Below are positions 34,827 to 50,456 of a stretch of DNA of 64,000 nt, in pieces. The position numbers and the translations under genes were made by a program. A model generated the notes under the pieces. The model was not told the origin of the DNA and made no database searches. It was given only the letters and a program-made list of their open reading frames with translations. This DNA comes from Entomortierella parvispora E1425 (Eukaryota > Fungi > Mortierellomycota): contig BQFW01000005.1 of the NCBI GenBank assembly GCA_020891255.1, positions 310,001 to 374,000 on the forward strand, written 5' to 3'. Every line of letters starts with the position of its first letter. Position 1 is the stretch's first letter.

Positions 34827-35660
34827 TTTACAAACACCCGACGCGTCAATGGACGTTCTCAATGGACATTCCGCGCACACGCCCCTTCAAAGAACAGTCA
34901 CCTCTGGCGCAGCACTTGAGCCACCCATGTACCATAAAGCACATGTCCTTCTGTCATTCCCTCTTGCTCATCAACCAAACCCTTCCGAATGAACTGCACT
35001 ACTTTTGGACGCCTACAACGCAACGACTCCTTAGTACTTCGATCTGGCGGAAACCACTCTCACTTCGATCCTGATCCAGCGACACTACTATCTATTACTC
35101 TCAAAGACATGCCTTTCTGCTGGTTTGCTTTTTCTTGCTGCTGTTTTTGCTGTTTTTGCTGTCGTTGCTTGGTTGGATGTTGGTTGGTGTTTATGGTCGG
35201 TGTGGGTTGTGGGTTGTGGGTTGTGGGTTGGTTGGTGTGTTGGTGTGTTGGTGTGTTGGTTTGTTGGCTGTTGTTTTTGGTCGTTGGTTGTGTTGGTTGT
35301 TGGTTGTTGGTTGTTGGTTGTTGGTTGTTTCTTTCGTTTCTCCCCCATGTCTTGCTCTCAGGTCGACCGCTGCCCTCTTACCCCCCCGCCCCCAGTTAGC
35401 GAAGGACGACCTGTGTGTGGGTGAGCCCCTATCTGAATTTATTCTAGTCGCTGCACGAAGAAGTGGGTGAGTAGGGGAACCACAGAGGCGTCGCTGGGTT
35501 AACTTATCGGGATGTGTCTTCGACCTGACCGGCACTCAAGGTAAGTCAAGGTAAGTGGGGTGCGATGGCCTGCCGCCTGCTCGTTGGCGTGCCCTGCACA
35601 ACTTGTCTATTTCTCTTTTCGAAGAGAGATGACAGTTGACTGAGAGCAGGCCCAGATAGA
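34827..35660 (+). repeat. Direct repeat B2
   Basis: Ends at CCCAGATAGA, followed by unique sequence. Confidence 0.9.
35557..35652 (+). ncRNA. HDV-like ribozyme candidate (B2)
   Basis: Full core as in A2. P4 is TGTC-T-ATTTCTCTT-TTCG-AAGAGAGAT-GACA. Putative catalytic C35640. Confidence 0.72.
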
Positions 35661-35774
35661 TGACCAATGTTGACCCCAATAAATCACACACACGTTCATT
35701 GTCCGTTTTTCTCAAAGAGGACTTCATTGGATTTTTTTTTGGTATTTGCTATTTGATTAGTTCTCCCCTACATT

Positions 35775-38246
<2,472 letters not shown>

Positions 38247-39650
38247 GATGGAATATACAGATGGAGGTGAAGGGAGAGAGAAGGATACTGTAGAGGTAGA
38301 GAGGGGGGGAGGATGTGGAGAAAACAAAAAAGAAGAGAAGAGAGAAAAGAAAGGAGGCGACAAAGCAAAAAAGGGAGATGAGAACAGAACAACAGAACAG
38401 GCCAGGGGACTCGGACCCTTCCTTCCTGTCCTGTTTGCATTGCCCTCGAATCATCCACACCCACGCACGCGCACCTCACTCACTCACTCACATCGCAGTC
38501 GTCCGTGGGCACAAAGACATTCTGGATCCGTTGCTCTTTTGCTTCCCTCTCTCCGCACCTTGGCTCATCATTGCCTGGTCAGATCCCGCTCTTTCTGTCG
38601 CTCTTTCTGTCTGCGGACGACAGCCGGATGTCTCGGGGATCGGGGTCCCTCCTTGGTTTCTGCTGTCAGCATACAGCATGCTTCGGACATTCACCTGTGA
38701 TCGAAGGTGCGTCCTGCAGGCGCCCGATTTCGGAAACCCATTTCAAGGCTCATGGGTACTGTCCTGCCTTTGCTCCATCGCCCCTCATCTACCCCTTGTC
38801 TTCCAGGTTCTTCTTCCCACAGTCTGAGGGCAGGACAAGCAGGGTCCCAGGTCCAACCATACGATCCCAATCGCTGCTGCCTCCTTCACCCCTATTCCAA
38901 CGAGGATCCGCTGTCTTTTTTTTTTTGTTCTCATCTCCCAAATAACCGCATTCACATGCTCCTGCGGTTGTTTAGTGCAATGCAAAACAACACTCCACCT
39001 CTCCCAAAGCTCAGTTTTTGTGTTCCAGTGTTCCACCGCTCGCTTGTCCTCTATCCACTCTTCCCTCCCGTTGCCCATCGTTCGTGTAACAAACATGCAA
39101 TGGGTGTCTTACATCTCGGACTTCATTATCATATGTCCGGACTGCAACTTCCTTCTTTTTCTTGGCCCTCAATTGAGTGCCAAAACTCTCCCAATGGAAT
39201 TTATTTTCCGTGCAACATCCAACATCCAATCGTCCGTTGTCAGCAGTTTGTTTGTCCCTATCATCTTTTTTCTCTCTCCACAATATTCTGACCATTCATG
39301 AACCTAGAATTGGTGTCTATGGTAGTGCGGGAGATGGCGCGCTCACTCCTTTTCTCTTTAAGACGACAATAAAGCCGCCTAAACGTATTTTGATGACTAA
39401 CAGAGATTCCCTCATCTCCATTGCTGCTTTCTGCTCTATGGAGACAAAGGGAGGGCTTGACACTCTTGCCTTGTTCAACCACTTGACCTCTAGAATTCGG
39501 ATTCGACTCTAAAGTGCAAGCGCGTTCTGTCGACGACTCAACGACGCGTTGCTTCAGCTCGCATGTCTTTTTCAGCTGCATGAAGGAACTGCTCGATTCT
39601 TCTCTAAAGCAATTGAGTTCAAGAGACTCCAAACCATCACATTTATTTTT

Positions 39651-42393
39651 TCAGAGCCGATCCAAGAAACGGTCGAGTGCCGGGAGGGCCTCGTTGAACC
39701 CTTTGCGCCTTCGAATAGAGGAAATGAGCTCAATCAGTTGGGGGTCTTCATTACTGACTCCAGGCATCAGCTTCCAGTGGTTAAATGCCATCCTGATCAC
39801 AGTCGCTTGGTCCCCAGTCGCCATCGAGAGTTTGCTCTGGATCCCAAAGGACTCGGCGACTGGCAACACTGCCTTCACCATCAGCAGATTGTCTCCAGTA
39901 CGTTGCGGGAAATAAAATTCCTCGTTCACAACTTCGCCTCGGTGCTTGACCAGCGTCTTGATGACATTGGCCATGACCCTCTCAGGGCAACTAATCGCGA
40001 TGTCAAAAACAGGCTCCATGATCCCAGGCCGTGCCATCATGGTTGAAGCATAGATGGCGGATCGCGCAGTGGGGATGATCTGTCCCCCGCCACGATGAAT
40101 TGCATCTGACGACATGACCACATCTAGGATATTTAGCCGACATCCACGCATGGGCTCTTCCGTGAAAACTGCTTCGCGGGTCGTCCATTGAAAGCCGGCC
40201 ACGATAGACTCCTTGACTTCATTCAGATACGCCACACCTCTCGTACAATTCACGAGTAGGTTGGGGCCCACACTGTCGGGACCGAAACTCCAGATCTTCC
40301 TTGCCTCTTGGTTATCCCACTCGTAATCGTCGCTCATAATACGCGCTCGGGACTTGAGATCAAAGTTGGGACTGATATCCCCCCTTTCGATCGCATGCGT
40401 AACGTCGTCGCCGAGCGGCATAGCCTTCATGAAGAGACGGTTATGCTTGTTTGGAGACTTGGCGAGAGCAGGTCGAGACTCTGCTTGCACCGTTTCTCTG
40501 TATTGAGTGAAGGGATCAGACTTTACAATTTGGACCTCACCCAGTTCTCCTTCTAGATCCTGGAAGAGGTGCCAGAGCTGTCTCTCTCCCTCAGCGGCCA
40601 CAACATGTTCCCCTGTCTCAAGGATGAGGGTAGTGACTAAAGGATCCATCCTTGAAAGGTTCTTGAGACTCTCGAGGAGCTTGGGTAGATCTTTTGAATC
40701 CTTGGCATCGACCTTTACCTGAACGAGAGGTGTGATCGAGTAGTGGATGTCTTTTATAGTGTCCGCGCAATCAGAGGACGAGATTGTACCAGACTGGAGC
40801 AAGAACTGATCAATTCCAACCACACCGACAACATTACCGGCCGAGCATTCCCCAACGGGCTCTGCTGTGCTGGACATTAACAGAACCAGACGTTGAATGT
40901 GATGTATATACAAATCCCTGGAGGACCCGGACTTGAAACAAGGACCCATGATGCGTACTCTTGCGCCTGCTCGAATAGTGCCTGAGAAAATGCGACCGAG
41001 CCCGTAGAAGCGATCTTTATCTGCAGTTCGTATCATCTTGGAGATATGCATCATGAGCGGGCCTTCGGGGTCGCAATTGCGGATGCCTACCGCGCATTCA
41101 TCATTCATAGGACCTCCATACAATGTATCCACTCGGTACTTTTGGGCTGTGACGGGAGAAGGCAGATGTAGAACGGCCGTCCTTAGGAGCGTATCGCTGG
41201 CTGGCAAGAACTTTTGCAGCACCACCCTCAACAATGGTTTTCCGCTCAGTTCCTTTTCGCTCTCACTCAAATGAATCTCGAGCCTTCGCAAAAGCTCTTC
41301 ATATGTGTCGGTCTTGAAGTGTAGGATGGCATCAAAGAGCTTGAGGATAGGGTCCAAGACAAACAAGTTGAAGCCGCGTGCCAGAGGCTGACCGTCGGCA
41401 TCTACAGTCCTCTCTGTCCAACTCTTGGTTGTCACGTCGAAATGATAATTGCCCCAGAGTCTCTTGACCAGCTTGGCTCGATTCACCGGGAACTTTTGGG
41501 CGTAACGGTCTGCGAATTGTTGAAGGGTAAAAGCCCATCCATGAAGACCTGACGCAAAGACCACCGTCCCCTGCACAGGATCAAAAATAACTCTCTCAAA
41601 AATATCCTTGCTGGGGTTGCAGGACGCAGTGACATTGTTGGCAGATTGGATGGTCCAAGCGAAACCTTGGTAAAGATCCTCTTGGGAGAGCGATAACTCC
41701 TCAAATACTCTGTCGATCTGGTTCAAGACGAGGACAGGCTTTACACGTTCATCGACGACTCGCCGAAGGGCACTCATTGTCGAGGAGGGTATAGGATCAA
41801 GGCAATTCGTAAGGATAAGTGCTCCGTCTGTGGCAAGTAAATTTCGAATGACTCCAGAGGTGAGGTCGATGTGCCGTGGAGGATAGAAAAGATTGATCAG
41901 GAACTCAGGACCTATTTGAGCAAGCAAAACAATGAAATGAGAAGAAAGTATAATATCCATGAAGGCAGCGTGGGCATATATGGGGTTGACGTGTAGTATG
42001 CGAAGGTTCTGTAAATTTTTACCATTGGCCTCTTGTTTGATGTTCAAAAGGTCCTCCTCAGTCAACTTGAGGTGCAATGGCAGGATTGTGGGCTGAACGG
42101 TCACTGGGTGATCCATATCCGCCTTTTGTTTGTTAGGAGGGGGAGGGTATAGACAGGTATGAGGTTCGCGTAGGCAGCGAATATGGGCCTCGGAAACGGA
42201 AAGAGTGTCCATCAGTTCAGTCGCTCCATGACCTTTTTGTGCAAATACAGCCACGTTGCGAATGTTCGTTGGCTTTCTCATCTATAAGGACCACGTCGAA
42301 CGGGTTAGCTCCAACTGGTTATCGCGGCAAAATGATACTGGGGATATGTACACGTACCAGCTCGAGTATCCGTTCGAGTGAGAGGGCCACCAT
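39651..42393 (-). CDS. Divergent elongation factor 2 paralogue with degenerate GTPase motifs
   Basis: Exon 1 MVALSLERILEL (42393-42358), intron 42357-42282, then MRKPTNIRNV..., and in-frame intron 42022-41912. EF2 hallmarks present (FGSGLHGWAF-like, YRETV, KSPNKHNRL, DAIHRGGGQIIPT). G1 AQKGHGAT, G3 YPPRH, G4 NQID. Confidence 0.88.
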
Positions 42394-42816
42394 TGTGATG
42401 TGATGTGATGTTGGATGAAAGGGTGGTGCTGTTCGACACAGGATGCTTTTTTTGAGAAGAAAAAAAAGGAAAAAAAAGGTGAGCAACCATATGTTTTTGT
42501 AGACTGCGGAACAAAACAACAAAACGACAGGAGTGAGAAGACTGCGATCGAGAACTGATGCCGCAGACGAACATGACACAATACCGAGTGAAATCCGTGG
42601 CTGGTCCGATAATATTTGTTCGATGTGAAGTGGAGTTGGAAAGGAGTGAAGAGGTGCGAAACCATTGGAGAAGCTCACTTATACCTCTCAGTTGCACTGC
42701 CACATCCACAAACTACAGGCAGAAGGCCTATTTTCGCACTACAGTTCCTTGTCGCGTAAAAAGATCTTTAATTACATGCCTCGGGGGTATCACTATCCTG
42801 CTAGAGGTAAGATTGT

Positions 42817-45800
42817 CTATAGCAAGCCGCGATCATCATCTTCCTGTTGTTCGCTGTCTGTTCCCTGTTCTCCATCTGTTTCCTGTTCACCTTCGTCTCC
42901 ATTATCTTCCTCAGATGGTTCACCATCCTCCTCATCGCCTTCTGGGGGCTCTTCTTCATCATCCTCCTCTTCTCCCTGTTCAAGTCCACCTTCTGCAGTG
43001 CCTTCTTCGAAATCGACCTCCACCTCATCTTCACCACCATCGACAGCAATGTCCTCTAAACCCTGATCAACCTCATCTGCGAGTGAGCCAGGTTCCTCTG
43101 TATTCGGAGTGGATGGCGACGACGAAGCGTCTTCCTGTTGACCTTCAACAGTTGGCTGCTGTTGCTCCTTGTCATTTTCACCGTCTTCTTCCAAGATGCT
43201 ATCGTCTGCTCCAACAACATCGTCATCCTCATTGTCCTCAGAAAGAGCAATTTCCTCAATCGATTCAACTGGTGTCTCCTCTTCCTCAACGTGCGACACC
43301 ACCTTTCGAGAAAGGGGTGCCGTCCTGGTCAAGAATTTCTCGGGTGGGGTGAAGACAGGCAGAGGATGTGCCTCTGTGTTGAAGACGTACTTGTCCAAGG
43401 GCAAGATGTCTGTCGATCCAAAGAGCAGGTAGAAATACTTCAATGTCTCGGCCAAGAAGAAGGTTTCCATCTTGTCCGAAAAGTGAATGTTGTTGGCGCG
43501 ACGAATATCGTGGATGGAACTGAAGCCTCCAGAAGAAACCTTGCTGTACTTTTCCATTGCCTCAAAGATATTCCAGCCCCAATGTCTATGGTATCAATAG
43601 TTGGCCATTGTTAGTTTTGAATACAGCTTCCAGCATTGAAATATTAAAGAAATCATTGAATCAGCAAATGCAATAAAATAAGATAATCTTACCTGTACTT
43701 GTCGTCGCCAGTCAGACGCCACATGTAGAACAGACTCTCAACTGTTTCAGGGCGAAGCCAGTTATGACCATCGCGATCGTTGATAATAAAGTCGGAGCCA
43801 GGGGTATGTTGCAGCTGGGATTTGCCCCGAATCTGTTCCTGGTTCTGGACCCAATACACAATCTCCGGAGCCAATCCTGTCTCAGTCTGACGGTACATCT
43901 CGTAACAGGCCTCAGTCAATTCCTCTCCGATCCTGAATTCCTCTTGTTGAACACGGTCCAGCCGTGATCGAGGGAACGAGGTTGGGTTCAGACACTTGCC
44001 CTCTGTTGTGGCCAAGGCCATCGTGCCTCCCAAGAAGCAAACCAAATGGTCCATCTTAGGGGACAAGTTTGAAGGTTCGTATTTACTGATCTCTCCCACA
44101 AACAACAAGTGATGAGGGATGGTGCGGCCCAAAAGATGCTTCTTGACGCCACCAATCGCATGATCATACATGTCCTTGTAGACCGATTCTTTCTTTCCAG
44201 TCTGCAAGTACTGCTTGATCAAGTACTCTGCAAGCGTTCAAAAAAAAAAAAAAAAGATAAAAAGGAGGTTAGATCGGCCTACATATGTGCGCAAGGATGG
44301 TCCACCATAGTTCATCAATTTCGCATTCATCTTTACCATAGTAGCTGTCGCCACGAGATCCAAGGCGAATCTCACCGCCCTGGAAGGTTCCGGTGTAAGG
44401 GTTGATGTAGATTGAAACCAGCCCATCCAAGTCGTCAAGGTCCTTCATCTTCAAGATCACATTCTCTGCTGCTTTCCAGTACTTGTCATCGCCAGTGAGA
44501 TACGACAAGTACTTGAACTCGAGTTGCAGGGTCGCTACCTCGGATGTAGAGCTGATACCACGTTCATGACTTGGCACGCCCCTTCTATCCCGAAGATGAA
44601 CGCTGGCGTAGGGGATGCCACTTGCGGTCTTGAACGCACCCATGAGTCTGTCGGCAAGGTCGACAGCCTTAGTCAAGAACACAGAATCGTGTCCCGACTG
44701 GTCATAAGCACTGAGAAGTCCTCCGAGCACGCGAATGGTCGTTTCGAACAGATTGACCTCTCCGTCCTGATCAAAGTCGAGCTCATCCCTGACCCATGCC
44801 TTCGCCTCCTGGAACTCCTTGTCGAGTCCCATCAACAAAATAGTATCCAGAGAGTCGACAATCGTGAATCCTTGTCCTTTGCGGATCATGTTGGTACCAT
44901 ATTTGGCGATCGGATGGTACTCGTCCTTGCCCCAAGCATCGCGACGGTAAGCATTCCAGGAATGGAGGAAAGCGTCCTTGACCTTGTTCTTGCGCTCTTC
45001 CCAGAGAGGAATATTGGTCTTGGACCGAGATGGTCGGCTCTCTGCATCGACACTAGGGAGACGGTTTCGGCCTGCAGGTGGAAAAAGAGCAGCGTCGTCA
45101 ACGACATCGACATCGACATAGTCGTGGTCATTGTTGTCATCGGTATCAGAAAGAGATGAGTCAATGTCTGGACCAACTTCAGAATCTTTGCCAGCGTTGT
45201 TCAAGTCAGTGCTATCACTCCAGTCGTGTTGTCCTCCATGGGCTGGGGCTGGGGCTGGGGCGACAACCTCAACGTTGGGTTTTGGTGGCGTGGGGGCCTT
45301 TGGTTTTGAAGACTTCTTTGAACCGCCGTTGTTATTGTTGCTGCCTTTGGGTTTACGAGGAGGATCGACACCATCGAACTCGAACAAGGTGGGAGGCGCC
45401 TTTTTCTTCTTTTTCTTTTTATCCGCGGCCGCCTTCTTTGCAGCTGCGTCGTCGACCTTGTTGACCACAACTTCCTTGACTCCTTGCGGAGTTCCTGTGC
45501 CACCGCCAGCATCGTTTCCTCTAGGGATATCCGCTGCTTTGTGTAATTCGGGGATAACAAATTTCTGTTCTGCCTGACCTTTTCCAGGACCGGCCTTGTC
45601 GAGTTCAGGGACCAGAGCATCCTTGTTCTTGTCCAGGTTCAAGTGGGAGTTTGCGTTTGAGGACGCCGAGGAACTCGACGGAAGAGAGATTGTTCCTGTG
45701 GGTGATTTGAAGAAGATGAAGGTCGCTGCAAAAACACACAGGACCAGGACCGCATGTCGCTTTCGAAGACGCAACCTGGATGGTGCCTAGGGACACAAAC

Positions 45801-46024
45801 GCACATAGAGATGAAGAAAGATTGAGCATCCCGGGAATACATGCTTATTTTTGGCTATGTAGTCGTCGGATCATTTCATAAAACATCCCGAGCGGCGTTT
45901 GGTTGGACAGTTGATCATTCCTTGTCAGGTGTGTTACCTTGGTGTGGATACCCATCGGCGTCTTTGCATACTTGTTGTCATCGTGGAAGGGGATCCCGCT
46001 TCCTCGGTCACTTCGCTTGAACAT
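42817..46024 (-). CDS. MNS1: Class I alpha-1,2-mannosidase (GH47), type II membrane protein with acidic tail, spliced
   Basis: WGKDEYHP, NLFETTIRVLGGLLSAY, GSRGDSYY, MDHLVCFLGG, LRPETVESLFY, METFFLAETLKY, NTEAHPLP. Confidence 0.93.
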
Positions 46025-46822
46025 GATGATCGTCTCCTTGTTGTTTCCTTGTTGTTGATGCTCTTCTGTCTGTTGTGCCGCTGGGTCCTGCCAGCGGTTC
46101 CTGAAAAAAAAAGAACGAAGAAAAGTACCTGACGCAACAGCTGAGAACAAATAGAAGCAAGTTTTTAAAAAAAGGCTTCTAAGGTCAAGACCAGGAAGCA
46201 AAGACAAGCGGCTGGGATGTCGAGATGCTGAGATGAAGATGGAGGAAGCAATGAGAGAGGATTTACCTTTGGTTGATCAGATGCTACGGTTGGACACGAG
46301 TCAAGAATAGAAGCCTAACTGTCCGGGTGAAATGCAGGCCCGCTGAAGATGCACAGCCGGAGGGAGAGATGGATGAAGAGATGGAGGGATGGAAGGAAGG
46401 ATGAAGAACGAGTCGACGGAGGGAAGGGGATCGGTTGGGGATGGGGATGGGAAAGAAAAGAAGAGGCGAGCGGAGGGATGCACTGGTACGACCGTTGTGT
46501 CAGAAGGTCAAACCCAACAGCTCTCCACAGCCTGTCCTTTTTTTTTTTTTTGTTCGTTCCTTTTGTTCTTCCACCGATCTCATTTAAGCAGGAAACCAAA
46601 CCTTCGTCGCGTCGCTGGCTTTCTGTCTCCTTGAGCCAGCCCAGACCTTCAATTGCTCTCATCCACTTTTCCGCTCGCTGGATACAGCTTGCATATTGCT
46701 GGGAAACATATTGAGTTAATCATCGTATCAGCAACCACTTTGCAGCGATTCCTGGGTTGGGTTATTATCATCAGGTTCAATCCCTCGTATTATTATTGAC
46801 GAAACAAGGCGCGGAGCTACTT

Positions 46823-48723
46823 TTAGCAGGACTCAATCACAGCAACAAGCCCTGGTACCTCCTGTTCAATGCCCTCTTCCTTCAAGAGTGCCTGTGCAAG
46901 CACCTCACCAATAGCAACTGCTAGAGGCTCCTTGACATCCTCTATCGTTGCCGCTGCTTCGTCTGCGTTGGCCGCCTTGGCCTTATCTGATTCGCTCTTG
47001 ACCAAGGCTCGAAGTCCAATCTGGTGGGTAAATCAGAAAACAAAGAATCACCGGTTAAATCTTCGTCTAGCGTTTAAATATTTGGGGAGTAAACTACTAA
47101 CAAACACCAGCAAATCACTTACCAACAGAGCGTCCCGGCAATGGGCAGCCCCACTCTTCAAAGCCGGCATTTCTGTGCCATCCGCATCAATCTCCATCAT
47201 GTTCTCGTCTTCCAGTTCCGGTTCGAGCACAACCGAATAAGTCTTCAGGTTGGGAACGACAAGCGTCCTGAATGCCTCAGTTCCCATCCTGGACAGACCC
47301 AAGATCGCTCCGTAGTGTGTCGTAAATGGCTTTTCTGGGTCCATAAAAGCCCTCAGCAGCGTCCTCGTCACACGAGGCTGCAATGTATGATAGGATGCAC
47401 CGTATTTTCGGCAAATCAAAAGGACGATATCTGTAGCAGTTGACCGCAATGCCCAATGATCCTCTTGCGGTGATTCTCCGAGCCGTTTTCCGACAATGCA
47501 GGTCAAAATCGTGGGCATCAATTGGTGAAGCTGTGGTGATAATAAGATAATTAGTCAATGCTCTTCTTCCCAAATGAAGGCAAAGTTGATCAACTGACAC
47601 AACTTACATATGGCTCGACAAAGAGATTATCATTGTTCAACAAGGCGCGCACCATGGCCATCATTGATTCCAGGACAGCCAGGTTTCTTGTGTTTTGCGT
47701 GACCTTTTCTGCCACCAGTTGGACAAAGTATGGCAAGAGCTGATGAAGACCAGGGTCGTTTTGCAAACTGCTGATTCCTGTTGCCCGCAAGACCTCTTCC
47801 TGACTCAATACTGCACTTGTGATCCTTTCGTAGTACATTTGCAGTTCCTTGGACAAAACATGTTTGACCAATGGCTTGATCTCCGCTCCGTTAGAGCTAC
47901 TGTTGGCATTAGCGTTTGATGCAGCTGAGGCAGGTTTGATACCAGGAACCACAGGTTGCGATCCAGAGTCCAATTTGATTCGCTTGTGCAAGAGGTCTGC
48001 TTTGGCGTCGACAGGTGTGGGATTCTGGGCAATGGCGGGCTGAACTCCTTCGATCGCGAGCCAGTGAGCTAAGATGTAACGGTTAGATATAGTGGCAAGA
48101 ACGACACTCTGACCTCCATGATATATTGGCTAGGAATTATTACCAGTATAAGTAACATCGAGCGGCACCTTGGGAAGAGGAGCGCTCAAAATGGTCTCAA
48201 AATCCAGCTCCTCGTCCTCAACAAAGAAAATCTCGTTTGTTCCTGTTGCACTCGATCCTGCCACTGTCCTCCTAAATCGTGTTGGGTCTGCGGAGCTGAA
48301 TCCATAGAGAGGCTAGAAAGGTGACATCTTGTCAGCAACCTGATTGCAACGACAAACAACAGATCACGACAAATCAACAATTTCTTGTTATCGGTACCTC
48401 GACGTTGCGAACATGCAGAGCGTGGTTAATGTCATCAACGGTCAATTTGGTCCGCTTGCCATGGCGCATGAACTTCATGGCCTCCTGAACAATTTCGTGA
48501 ATGCGATATTCGACATCCTGTGCCAACGACACCGCAACATCATCCTTGAGGTTGGGGATTCCAACGGACTCGGCAATGTCCTAGATTGAGTCGAATCATT
48601 TCGTTATTATGAATCCATTTCAAGGTACGCGTCCAAGATTCTTTGCTTGAATGCAGTCTGCTTTTTCAGTGATGGCACTGCAGGTCGACATGCCTTAATG
48701 GTCGAGGATGGGAAGGTGCTCAT
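46823..48723 (-). CDS. TAF6: Transcription initiation factor TFIID subunit 6, spliced
   Basis: MSTFPSSTIK|DIAESVG...DVEYRIHEIVQEAMKFMRH (histone fold), KHVLSKELQMYYE, DPGLHQLLPYF, HWALRSTA, HYGAILGL. Confidence 0.95.
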
Positions 48724-49526
48724 CCTTGTTCTTCTTTGCTGTGGTGAATGTGATAAAGGAAACAAAAAGCGCTGCTCCATTCTCTTTGCCACGAAAGGTT
48801 TCGGTGAACCTAGAAGCTGACAAAGTGGCTTAGTTTTCATCAATGGTACCGTGGTTGACGAGATAACCAGTCACAAATAGATTTACCTGTGGTTCAGGAT
48901 CACCTAGAAGAGTAGCATAGAAAAAAAAAAACGTGTCAGATTTGCCTAACGAAGTGTCATTTCCTTTCAGTTGTAGAAGGGCAGCCTATCCTTACCGAAT
49001 TATCATATAATGACAAGATGTCATCAAGACATTACGCGAGTTTGTTAATATCGCTGACGGGAGTGTCGGATCTATCATTGCAAGCAAAGCGATCAATGCT
49101 TAGAAAGGGGTTGGAACGCGTTCGACGCACTAGACGTGTCTCTACTCAAAATACTGTATTACCTTGCTACTGCCTTGGCCGGGGCCCTGAAGAGGCTGAG
49201 GCTGGGGCAGATGAAGTGGATCCAGAGGCTGGAGCTGAGCCAGAGGCTGAGGCTGGGGCAAGCGAAGTGGAGCCAGAGGCTGGAGCTGAGCCAGAGGCTG
49301 GGGCTGGGGTTGAGGCAGAGGGAGCTGAACCTGATAAGAATAGAGTGGACATACACACTGTGAGAAAAATGAACCTTTTCACTTCAAATATCGAGTCATC
49401 CCAACTTACTGGTCTGCTGCCTTGCTTCAGAGTGAGCCAAAGGATGGCGAGGGCGAACTGTCAAGAAGAAAAGGTTGAATAGGCAATCGACACTGGTGTA
49501 AGTTCATGACGTGGTGGTGGTGGTGG

Positions 49527-49563
<37 letters not shown>

Positions 49564-49576
49564 GTTGCTGCACACT

Positions 49577-50397
49577 TTACTCACCTGATCTGAACGACAG
49601 TGCGGACGACGGCGTTCCTGACAACAGAGGCTGTGTCTGTGTGTGTCTCCGAGCCTGTACTGGGTTCTCGACGATATAGTCTGCGAGAGCCGATGGTTGA
49701 CGTGAAACCCGTCGTTCTCGATGCTGTTGGCTCTGCGCCAGCGTCTGCGACTGTGTCTGCGATCTTGTCTGCGATCGTGTCTTCATCAGCCGAGGCGGGA
49801 GAGTTTGTGAACTTGATGCCGATGCCTGCGCCGTCTGCGATCTTGTCTGTGATCGTGTCTTCATCAGTCGAGGCGGGAGAGTTGATGAACTGGATCCCAA
49901 TCCCTGTGGCGCCTGCATCTGTGGAGGTGGGACTGCTTGAGAACTTGATCCCAATCCCCGCGGTGCCTGCATCTGTGGAGGCGGGAGAGTTGGTGAACTT
50001 GATCCCAATCCCTGTGGCGCCAGCATCTGTGAAGGTGGGACTGCTTGAGAGCTTGATCCCAATCCCCACGGTGCCTGCATCTGTGGAGGCGGGAGCGGCG
50101 CCGGCTTTGATACATCAGCAGAGGGTCGCAGCTTTTTTGGTGACAAGGTCTGTGCTTGTGATTGTGCCTGTCGTGCCCGATGATCTGCTATAGATTGGGC
50201 AAAGTTCCGTTTTTGTCCTGGCCGCGTCTGTGTCTGCGATCGCGTTGGCCCTGAGCCTGAGCCTGGGCCTGAGCCTGAGCCAAAACCTGAACCAGGACCG
50301 GAGCCTGCGCCAAAACCTGAAAACCCCGAGTCAGAACCGGAACCTGATCCAAAACCTGAAAAACCTGAGCCAGAACCTGAGCCAGAACCTGAGCCAA

Positions 50398-50456
<59 letters not shown>

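Larger units (their letters stand above)
31009..35660 (+). mobile_element. Non-autonomous direct-repeat element, copy B
   Basis: Colinear with 2214-6887; repeats at 31009-31840 and 34827-35660. Confidence 0.6.

Noticed and set aside
39651-42281. EF2-like gene as an intronless retrocopy or bacterial EF-G transfer
   Set aside because: It has two spliceosomal introns and the eukaryotic EF2 insertions and diphthamide loop.
49780-50105. 54-bp tandem array near an RNA-guided nuclease as a possible CRISPR-like guide array
   Set aside because: There are no unique spacers; units are contiguous, in frame and coding.
49581-50193. Alternative-frame and opposite-strand ORFs (162 aa and 197 aa) over the Fanzor tail
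   Set aside because: They are open only because the repeats lack stop codons.
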